From Eledone cirrhosa (lineage: Eukaryota), in the NCBI GenBank assembly GCA_964016885.1, contig OZ024741.1:339946001-340010000 (forward strand): 64,000 nucleotides of DNA. Reading direction: 5' to 3'. The notes below the pieces were generated by a model. It was not told the DNA's origin. It worked only from the letters and a program-made list of their open reading frames with translations, and ran no database searches. Every line of letters starts with the position of its first letter. Position 1 is the stretch's first letter. The translations under genes were made by a program, and so were the position numbers. Positions 53,201-64,000 of this stretch are shown here, in pieces.

Positions 53201-56200
53201 TGTTGTTAGTAATGGCTACTGTTGTTAGTAATGGCAACTGTTGTTGTTAGTAATGGCTACTGTTGTTAGTAATGGCTACTGTTGTTAGTAATGGCAACTG
53301 TTGTTGTTAGTAATGGCTACTGTTGTTAGTAATGGCTACTGTTGTTGTTAGTAATGGCTACTGTTGTTAGTAATGGCTACTGTTGTTGTTAGTAATGGCT
53401 ACTGTTGTTGTTAGTAATGGCTACTGTTGTTAGTAATGGCTACTGTTGTTGTTAGTAATGGCTACTGTTGTTAGTAATGGCTACTGTTTTTAGTAATGGC
53501 TACTGTTGTTGTTAGTAATGGCTACTGTTGTTAGTAATGGCTACTGTTGTTAGTAATTGCTACTGTTGTTAGTAATGGCTACTGTTGTTGTTAGTAATGG
53601 CTACTGTTGTTAGTAATGGCTACTGTTGTTAGTAATGGCTACTGTTGTTGTTAGTAATGGCTACTGTTGTTAGTAATGGCTACTGTTGTTGTTAGTAATG
53701 GCTACTGTTGTTAGTAATGGCTACTGTTGTTGTTAGTAATGGCTACTGTTGTTGTTAGTAATGGCTACTGTTGTTAGTAATGGCTACTGTTGTTGTTAGT
53801 AATGGCTACTGTTGTTAGTAATGGCTACTGTTGTTGTTAGTAATGGCTACTGTTGTTAGTAATGGCTACTGTTGTTGTTAGTAATGGCTACTGTTGTTAG
53901 TAATGGCTACTGTTGTTGTTAGTAATGGCTACTGTTGTTGTTAGTAATGGCAACTGTTGTTGTTAGTAATGGCTACTGTTGTTGTTAGTAATGGCTACTG
54001 TTGTTAGTAATGGCTACTGTTGTTGTTAGTAATGGCTACTGTTGTTGTTAGTAATGGCTACTGTTGTTGTTAGTAATGGCTACTGTTGTTGTTAGTAATG
54101 GCTACTGTTGTTAGTAATGGCTACTGTTGTTGTTAGTAATGGCTACTGTTGTTAGTAATGGCTACTGTTGTTGTCAGTAATGGCTACTGTTGTTGTTAGT
54201 AATGGCTACTGTTGTTGTTAGTAATGGCTACTGTTGTTGTTAGTAATGGCTACTGTTGTTAGTAATGGCTACTGTTGTTGTTAGTAATGGCTACTGTTGT
54301 TAGTAATGGCTACTGTTGTTGTTAGTAATGGCTACTGTTGTTAGTAATGGCTACTGTTGTTGTTAGTAATGGCTACTGTTGTTAGTAATGGCTACTGTTG
54401 TTAGTAATGGCTACTGTTGTTAGTAATGGCTACGGTTGTTGTTAGTAATGGCTACTGTTGTTAGTAATGGCTACTGTTGTTAGTAATGGCTACTGTTGTT
54501 GTTACTAATGGCTACTGTTGTTAGTAATGGCTACTGTTGTTGTTAGTAATGGCTACTGTTGTTAGTAATGGCTACTGTTGTTGTTAGTAATGGCTACTGT
54601 TGTTAGTAATGGCTACTGTTGTTAGTAATGGCTACTGTTGTTAGTAATGGCTACTGTTGTTGTTAGTAATGGCTACTGTTGTTAGTAATGGCTACTGTTG
54701 TTGTTAGTAATGGCTACTGTTGTTAGTAATGGCTACTGTTGTTGTTAGTAATGGCTACTGTTGTTAGTAATGGCTACTGTTGTTGTTAGTAATGGCTACT
54801 GTTGTTAGTAATGGCTACTGTTGTTAGTAATGGCTACTGTTGTTAGTAATGGCTACTGTTGTTAGTAATGGCTACTGTTGTTGTTAGTAATGGCTACTGT
54901 TGTTAGTAATGGCTACTGTTGTTAGTAATGGCTACTGTTGTTGTTAGTAATGGCTACTGTTGTTAGTAATGGCTACTGTTGTTAGTAATGGCAACTGTTG
55001 TTGTTAGTAATGGCTACTGTTGTTAGTAATGGCTACTGTTGTTGTTAGTAATGGCTACTGTTGTTGTTAGTAATGGCTACTGTTGTTAGTAATGGCAACT
55101 GTTGTGGTTAGTAATGGCTACTGTTGTTAGTAATGGCTACTGTTGTTGTTAGTAATGGCTACTGTTGTTGTTAGTAATGGCTACTGTTGTTTGTAATGGC
55201 TACTGTTGTTGTTAGTAATGGCTACTGTTGTTGTTAGTAATGGCTACTGTTGTTAGTAATGGCTACTGTTGTTAGTAATGGCAACTGTTGTTGTTAGTAA
55301 TGGCTACTGTTGTTGTTAGTAATGGCTACTGTTGTTAGTAATGGCAACTGTTGTGGTTAGTAATGGCTACTGTTGTTAGTAATGGCTACTGTTGTTGTTA
55401 GTAATGGCTACTGTTGTTAGTAATGGCTACTGTTGTTAGTAATGGCTACTGTTGTTAGTAATGGCTACTGTTGTTGTTAGTAATGGCTACTGTTGTTAGT
55501 AATGGCTACTGTTGTTAGTAATGGCTACTGTTGTTGTTAGTAATGGCTACTGTTGTTAGTAATGGCTACTGTTGTTGTTAGTAATGGCTACTGTTGTTAG
55601 TAATGGCTACTGTTGTTGTTAGTAATGGCTACTGTTGTTGTTAGTAATGGCTACTGTTGTTAGTAATGGCAACTGTTGTTGTTAGTAATAGCTACTGTTG
55701 TTAGTAATGGCTACTGTTGTTAGTAATGGCTACTGTTGTTGTTAGTAATGGCTACTGTTGTTAGTAATGGCTACTGTTGTTGTTAGTAATGGCTACTGTT
55801 GTTGTTAGTAATGGCTACTGTTGTTAGTAATGGCAACTGTTGTTGTTAGTAATGGCTACTGTTGTTAGTAATGGCTACTGTTGTTGTTAGTAATGGCTAC
55901 TGTTGTTAGTAATGGCAACTGTTGTTAGTAATGGCTACTGTTGTTGTTAGTAATGGCTACTGTTGTTAGTAATGGTTACTGTTGTTAGTAATGGCAACTG
56001 TTGTTGTTAGTAATGGCTACTGTTGTTAGTTATGGCTACTGTTGTTAGTAATGGCAACTGTTGTTGTTAGTAATGGCTACTGTTGTTAGTAATGGCTACT
56101 GTTGTTGTTAGTAATGGCTACTGTTGTTGTTAGTAATGGCTACTGTTGTTAGTAATGGCTACTGTTGTTGTTAGTAATGGCTACTGTTGTTAGTAATGGC

Positions 56201-59200
56201 TACTGTTGTTAGTAATGGCTACTGTTGTTAGTAATGGCTACTGTTGTTAGTAATGGCTACTGTTGTTGTTAGTAATGGCTACTGTTGTTAGTAATGGCTA
56301 CTGTTGTTAGTAATGGCTACTGTTGTTAGTAATGGCTACTGTTGTTGTTAGTAATGACTACTGTTGTTAGTAATGGCTACTGTTGTTAGTAATGGCTACT
56401 GTTGTTGTTAGTAATGGCTACTGTTGTTAGTAATGGCTACTGTTGTTGTTAGTAATGGCTACTGTTGTTAGTAATGGCTACTGTTGTTAGTAATGGCTAC
56501 TGTTGTTAGTAATGGCTACTGTTGTTGTTAGTAATGGCTACTGTTGTTAGTAATGGCTACTGTTGTTAGTAATGGCTACTGTTGTTGTTAGTAATGGCTA
56601 CTGTTGTTAGTAATGGCTACTGTTGTTAGTAATGGCAACTGTTGTTGTTAGTAATGGCTACTGTTGTTAGTAATGGCTACTGTTGTTGTTAGTAATGGCT
56701 ACTGTTGTTGTTAGTAATGGCTACTGTTGTTAGTAATGGCAACTGTTGTTGTTAGTAATGGCTACTGTTGTTGTTAGTAATGGCTACTGTTGTTGTTAGT
56801 AATGGCTACTGTTGTTAGTAATGGCTACTGTTGTTAGTAATGGCTACTGTTGTTAGTAATGGCTACTGTTGTTGTTAGTAATGGCTACTGTTGTTAGTAA
56901 TGGCTACTGTTGTTAGTAATGGCTACTGTTGTTAGTAATGGCTACTGTTGTTGTTAGTAATGGCTACTGTTGTTAGTAATGGCTACTGTTGTTAGTAATG
57001 GCTACTGTTGTTGTTAGTAATGGCTACTGTTGTTAGTAATGGCTACTGTTGTTGTTAGTAATGGCTACTGTTGTTAGTAATGGCTACTGTTGTTGTTAGT
57101 AATGGCTACTGTTGTTGTTAGTAATGGCTACTGTTGTTAGTAATGGCAACTGTTGTTGTTAGTAATAGCTACTGTTGTTAGTAATGGCTACTGTTGTTAG
57201 TAATGGCTACTGTTGTTGTTAGTAATGGCTACTGTTGTTAGTAATGGCTACTGTTGTTGTTAGTAATGGCTACTGTTGTTGTTAGTAATGGCTACTGTTG
57301 TTAGTAATGGCAACTGTTGTTGTTAGTAATGGCTACTGTTGTTAGTAATGGCTACTGTTGTTGTTAGTAATGGCTACTGTTGTTAGTAATGGCAACTGTT
57401 GTTAGTAATGGCTACTGTTGTTGTTAGTAATGGCTACTGTTGTTAGTAATGGTTACTGTTGTTAGTAATGGCAACTGTTGTTGTTAGTAATGGCTACTGT
57501 TGTTAGTTATGGCTACTGTTGTTAGTAATGGCAACTGTTGTTGTTAGTAATGGCTACTGTTGTTAGTAATGGCTACTGTTGTTGTTAGTAATGGCTACTG
57601 TTGTTGTTAGTAATGGCTACTGTTGTTAGTAATGGCTACTGTTGTTGTTAGTAATGGCTACTGTTGTTAGTAATGGCTACTGTTGTTAGTAATGGCTACT
57701 GTTGTTAGTAATGGCTACTGTTGTTAGTAATGGCTACTGTTGTTGTTAGTAATGGCTACTGTTGTTAGTAATGGCTACTGTTGTTAGTAATGGCTACTGT
57801 TGTTAGTAATGGCTACTGTTGTTGTTAGTAATGGCTACTGTTGTTAGTAATGGCTACTGTTGTTAGTAATGGCTACTGTTGTTGTTAGTAATGGCTACTG
57901 TTGTTAGTAATGGCTACTGTTGTTGTTAGTAATGGCTACTGTTGTTAGTAATGGCTACTGTTGTTAGTAATGGCTACTGTTGTTAGTAATGGCTACTGTT
58001 GTTGTTAGTAATGGCTACTGTTGTTAGTAATGGCTACTGTTGTTAGTAATGGCTACTGTTGTTGTTAGTAATGGCTACTGTTGTTAGTAATGGCTACTGT
58101 TGTTAGTAATGGCAACTGTTGTTGTTAGTAATGGCTACTGTTGTTAGTAATGGCTACTGTTGTTGTTAGTAATGGCTACTGTTGTTGTTAGTAATGGCTA
58201 CTGTTGTTAGTAATGGCAACTGTTGTTGTTAGTAATGGCTACTGTTGTTAGTAATGGCTACTGTTGTTGTTAGTAATGGCTACTGTTGTTGTTAGTAATG
58301 GCTACTGTTGTTAGTAATGGCTACTGTTGTTGTTAGTAATGGCTACTGTTGTTGTTAGTAATGGCTACTGTTGTTGTTAGTAATGGCTACTGTTGTTGTT
58401 AGTAATGGCTACTGTTGTTGTTAGTAATGGCTACTGTTGTTGTTAGTAATGGCTACTGTTGTTGTTAGTAATGGCTACTGTTGTTGTTAGTAATGGCTAC
58501 TGTTGTTAGTAATGGCTACTGTTGTTGTTAGTAATGGCTACTGTTGTTAGTAATGGCTACTGTTGTTGTTAGTAATGGCTACTGTTGTTAGTAATGGCTG
58601 TTGTTGTTAGTAATGGCTACTGTTGTTAGTAATGGCTACTGTTGTTAGTAATGGCTACTGTTGTTGTTAGTAATGGCTACTGTTGTTAGTAATGGCTACT
58701 GTTGTTAGTAATGGCTACTGTTGTTGTTAGTAATGGCTACTGTTGTTAGTAATGGCAACTGTTGTTGTTAGTAATGGCTACTGTTGTTAGTAATGGCTAC
58801 TGTTGTTGTTAGTAATGGCTACTGTTGTTAGTAATGGCTGTTGTTGTTAGTAATGGCTACTGTTGTTAGTAATGGCTACTGTTGTTAGTAATGGCTACTG
58901 TTGTTGTTAGTAATGGCTACTGTTGTTAGTAATGGCTACTGTTGTTAGTAATGGCTACTGTTGTTGTTAGTAATGGCTACTGTTGTTGTTAGTAATGGCT
59001 ACTGTTGTTAGTAATGGCTACTGTTGTTGTTAGTAATGGCTACTGTTGTTGTTAGTAATGGCTACTGTTGTTAGTAATGGCTACTGTTGTTAGTAATGGC
59101 TATTGTTGTTAGTAATGGCTACTGTTGTTAGTAATGGCTACTGTTGTTGTTAGTAATGGCTACTGTTGTTAGTAATGGCTACTGTTGTTGTTAGTAATGG

Positions 59201-62200
59201 CTACTGTTGTTAGTAATGGCTACTGTTGTTGTTAGTAATGGCTACTGTTGTTAGTAATGGCAACTGTTGTTGTTAGTAATGGCTATTGTTGTTAGTAATG
59301 GCTACTGTTGTTGTTAGTAATGGCTACTGTTGTTAGTAATGGCTGTTGTTGTTAGTAATGGCTACTGTTGTTAGTAATGGCTACTGTTGTTAGTAATGGC
59401 TACTGTTGTTGTTAGTAATGGCTACTGTTGTTAGTAATGGCTACTGTTGTTAGTAATGGCTACTGTTGGTAGTAATGGCTACTGTTGTTAGTAATGGCTA
59501 CTGTTGGTAGTAATGGCTACTGTTGTTGTTAGTAATGGCTACTGTTGTTAGTAATGGCTACTGTTGTTAGTAATGGCTACTGTTGTTAGTAATAGCTACT
59601 GTTGTTAGTAATGGCTACTGTTGTTAGTAATGGCTACTGTTGTTGTTAGTAATGGCTATTGTTGTTAGTAATGGCTACTGTTGTTGTTAGTAATGGCTAC
59701 TGTTGTTAGTAATGGCTACTGTTGTTGTTAGTAATGGCTACTGTTGTTAGTAATGGCTACTGTTGTTGTTAGTAATGGCTACTGTTGTTAGTAATGGCTA
59801 CTGTTGTTGTTAGTAATGGCTACTGTTGTTGTTAGTAATGGCTACTGTTGTTAGTAATGGCAACTGTTGTTAGTAATGGCAACTGTTGTTGTTAGTAATG
59901 GCTACTGTTGTTGTTAGTAATGGCTACTCTTGTTAGTAATGGCTACTGTTGTTGTTAGTAATGGCTACTGTTGTTGTTAGTAATGGCTACTGTTGTTAGT
60001 AATGGCTACTGTTGTTGTTAGTAATGGCTACTGTTGTTGTTAGTAATGGCTACTGTTGTTAGTAATGGCTACTGTTGTTGTTAGTAATGGCTACTGTTGT
60101 TAGTAATGGCTACTGTTGTTGTTAGTAATGGCTACTGTTGTTAGTAATGGCTACTGTTGTTGTTAGTAATGGCTACTGTTGTTGTTAGTAATGGCTACTG
60201 TTGTTAGTAATGGCTACTGTTGTTAGTAATGGCTACTGTTGTTGTTAGTAATGGCTACTGTTGTTGTTAGTAATGGCTACTGTTGTTAGTAATGGCTACT
60301 GTTGTTGTTAGTAATGGCTACTGTTGTTAGTAATGGCTACTGTTGTTGTTAGTAATGGCTACTGTTGTTGTTAGTAATGGCTACTGTTGTTAGTAATGGC
60401 TACTGTTGTTGTTAGTAATGGCTACTGTTGTTGTTAGTAATGGCTACTGTTGTTAGTAATGGCTACTGTTGTTAGTAATGGCAACTGTTGTTTTTAGTAA
60501 TGGCTACTGTTGTTAGTAATGGCTACTGTTGTTGTTAGTAATGGCTACTGTTGTTAGTATTGGCTACTGTTGTTGTTAGTAATGGCTACTGTTGTTAGTA
60601 ATGGCTACTGTTGTTGTTAGTAATGGCTACTGTTGTTGTTAGTAATGGCTACTGTTGTTAGTAATGGCAAACTGTTGTTAGTAATGGCTACTGTTGTTGT
60701 TAGTAATGGCTACTGTTGTTAGTAATGGCAACTGTTGTTGTTAGCAATGGCTACTGTTGTTAGTAATGGCTACTGTTGTTGTTAGTAATGGCTACTGTTG
60801 TTAGTAATGGCTACTGTTGTTAGTAATGGCTACTGTTGTTGTTAGTAATGGCTACTGTTGTTAGTAATGGCTACTGTTGTTAGTAATGGCTACTGTTGTT
60901 GTTAGTAATGGCTACTGTTGTTAGTAATGGCTACTGTTGTTGTTAGTAATGGCTACTGTTGTTAGTAATGGCTACTGTTGTTGTTTGTAATGGCTACTGT
61001 TGTTAGTAATGGCAACTGTTGTTGTTAGTAATGGCTACTGTTGTTAGTAATGGCTACTGTTGTTGTTAGTAATGGCTACTGTTGTTAGTAATGGCTACTG
61101 TTGTTGTTAGTAATGGCTACTGTTGTTGTTAGTAATGGCTACTGTTGTTAGTAATGGCAACTGTTGTTAGTAATGGCTACTGTTGTTGTTAGTAATGGCT
61201 ACTGTTGTTAGTAATGGCTACTGTTGTTGTTAGTAATGGCTACTGTTGTTAGTAATGGCAACTGTTGTTGTTAGTAATGGCTACTGTTGTTAGTAATGGC
61301 TACTGTTGTTGTTAGTAATGGCTACTGTTGTTGTTAGTAATGGCTACTGTTGTTAGTAATGGCTACTGTTGTTAGTAATGGCAACTGTTGTTGTTAGTAA
61401 TGGCTACTGTTGTTAGTAATGGCAACTGTTGTTGTTAGTAATGGCTACTGTTGTTGGTAGTAATGGCTACTGTTGTTAGTAATGGCTACTGTTGTTGTTA
61501 GTAATGGCTACTGTTGTTGTTAGTAATGGCTACTGTTGTTAGTAATGGCTACTGTTGTTAGTAATGGCAACTGTTGTTGTTAGTAATGGCTACTGTTGTT
61601 AGTAATGGCAACTGTTGTTGTTAGTAATGGCTACTGTTGTTGTTAGTAAAGGCTACTGTTGTTAGTAATGGCTACTGTTGTTGTTAGTAATGGCTACTGT
61701 TGTTAGTAATGGCAACTGTTGTTGTTAGTAATGGCTACTGTTGTTAGTAATGGCTACTGTTGCTGTTAGTAATGGCTACTGTTGTTAGTAATGGCTATTG
61801 TTGTTAGTAATGGCTACTGTTGTTAGTAATGGCAACTGTTGTTGTTAGTAATGGCTACTGTTGTTAGTAATGGCAACTGTTGTTGTTAGTAATGGCTACT
61901 GTTGTTAGTAATGGCTACTGTTGTTGTTAGTAATGGCTACTGTTGTTAGTAATGGCTGTTGTTGTTGTTAGTAATGGCTATTGTTGTTAGTAATGGCTAC
62001 TGTTGTTAGTAATGGCTTCTGTTGTTAGTAATGGTTATTGTTGTTAGTAATGGCTACTGTTGTTAGTAATGGCTTCTGTTGTTAGTAATGGTTATTGTTG
62101 TTAGTAATGGCTACTGTTGTTAGTAATGGCTGTTGTTGTTAGTAATGGCTATTATTGTTGTTAGTAATGGCTACTGTTGTTAGTAATGGCTTCTGTTGTT

Positions 62201-64000
62201 AGTAATGGTTATTGTTGTTAGTAATGGCTACTGTTGTTAGTAATGGCTACTGTTGTTAGTAATGGCTGTTGTGGTTAGTAATGGCTACTGTTGTTAGTAA
62301 TGGCTACTGTTGTTAGTAATGGCTACTGTTGTTAGTAATGGCTACTGTTGTTAGTAATGGCTACTGTTGTCGTTAGTAATGGCTACTGTTGTTGTTAGTA
62401 ATGGCTACTGTTGTTAGTAATGGCTACTGTTGGTAGTAATGGCTACTGTTGTTGTTAGTAATGGCTACTGTTTGTTAGTAATGGCTACTGTTGGTAGTAA
62501 TGGCTACTGTTGTTATTAATGGCTACTGTTGGTAGTAATGGCTACTGTTGTTGTTAGTAATGGCTACTGTTGTTAGTAATGGCTACTGTTGTTAGTAATG
62601 GCTACTGTTGTTGTTAGTAATGGCTACTGTTGTTAGTAATGGCTACTGTTGTTAGTAATGGCTACTGTTGGTAGTAATGGCTACTGTTGTTAGTAATGGC
62701 TACTGTTGGTAGTAATGGCTACTGTTGTTAGTAATGGCAACTGTTGTTGTTAGTAATGGCTACTGTTGTTAGTAATGGCTACTGTTGTTAGTAATGGCTA
62801 CTGTTGTTAGTAATGGCTACTGTTGGTAGTAATGGCTACTGTTGTTAGTAATGGCTACTGTTGGTAGTAATGGCTACTGTTGTTAGTAATGGCTACTGTT
62901 GGTAGTAATGGCTACTGTTGTTATTAATGGCTACTGTTGGTAGTAATGGCTACTGTTGTTGTTACTAATGGCTACTGTTGTTAGTAATGGCTACTGTTGT
63001 TAGTAATGGCTACTGTTGTTGTTAGTAATGGCTACTGTTGTTAGTAATGGCTACTGTTGTTAGTAATGGCTACTGTTGGTAGTAATGGCTACTGTTGTTA
63101 GTAATGGCTACTGTTGTTAGTAATGGCTACTGTTGTTGTTAGTAATGGCTACTGTTGTTAGTAATGGCTACTGTTGTTAGTAATGGCTACTGTTGTTAGT
63201 AATGGCTACTGTTGGTAGTAATGGCTACTGTTGTTGTTAGTAATGGCTACTGTTGTTAGTAATGGCTACTGTTGTTAGTAATGGCTACTGTTGTTAGTAA
63301 TGGCTACTGTTGTTAGTAATGGCTACTGTTGTTAGTAATGGCTACTGTTGGTAGTAATGGCTACTGTTGTTGTTAGTAATGGCTACTGTTGTTAGTAATG
63401 GCTACTGTTGTTAGTAATGGCTGTTGTTGTTAGTAATGGCTACTGTTGTTAGTAATGGCTACTGTTGTTAGTAATGGCTACTGTTGGTAGTAATGGCTAC
63501 TGTTGTTAGTAATGGCTACTGTTGTTAGTAATGGCTACTGTTGTTGTTAGTAATGGCTACTGTTGTTGTTAGTAATGGCTACTGTTGTTAGTAATGGCTA
63601 CTGTTGGTAGTAATGGCTACTGTTGTTAGTAATGGCTACTGTTGTTAGTAATGGCTACTGTTGTTAGTAATGGCTACTGTTGTTAGTAATGGCTACTGTT
63701 GTTAGTAATGGCTACTGTTGTTAGTAATGGCTACTGTTGTTAGTAATGGCTACTGTTGTTGTTACTAATGGCTACTGTTGTTAGTAATGGCTACTGTTGT
63801 TGTTAGTAATGGCTACTCTTGTTAGTAATGGCTACTGTTGTTGTTAGTAATGGCTACTCTTGTTAGTAATGGCTACTGTTGTTGTTAGTAATGGCTACTG
63901 TTGTTAGTAATGGCTACTGTTGTTGTTAGTAATGGCTACTGTTGTTAGTAATGGCTACTGTTGTTGTTAGTAATGGCTACTGTTGTTAGTAATGGCTACT
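50250..64000 (+). repeat. 19/22-bp satellite (AGTAATGGCTACT(GTT)2-3)n, at least 13.7 kb, running off the window
   Basis: Direct reading; degenerate precursor units at 49790-50300. Confidence 0.98.

Noticed and set aside
50250-64000. CRISPR-like or telomeric array
   Set aside because: No unique spacers or cas genes; the unit is not TTAGGG; ordinary satellite

Overview
Repeat-saturated, AT-rich eukaryotic genomic DNA with no recognisable intact host gene. It is probably from an octopus or another coleoid cephalopod; this is inferred from the SINE families and microsatellite density, not verified. Almost all ORFs in the track are microsatellite or satellite artefacts. The real content is: decayed retrotransposon fragments (Tx1/L1-like, Penelope-like RT, RTE, CRE-like RLE, CR1-group), about 10 copies of a tRNA-derived SINE, mariner/Tigger-type MITEs, a 5S rRNA pseudogene, and large tandem arrays (GTGTG pentamer, two different 19-bp satellites, others). 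The main unannotated signal is roughly 30 full or partial type I hammerhead ribozyme (HHR) motifs from about 9 sequence families. Most have a palindromic stem III. They sit in short non-coding cassettes inserted into (TA)n tracts, often as asymmetric fold-back palindromes, and a decayed Penelope-like reverse transcriptase lies nearby. This points to a diverse, microsatellite-targeting, ribozyme-bearing Penelope-like (pLTR) element system. Coordinates were read by eye and may be off by a few bases; no folding or database search was run.
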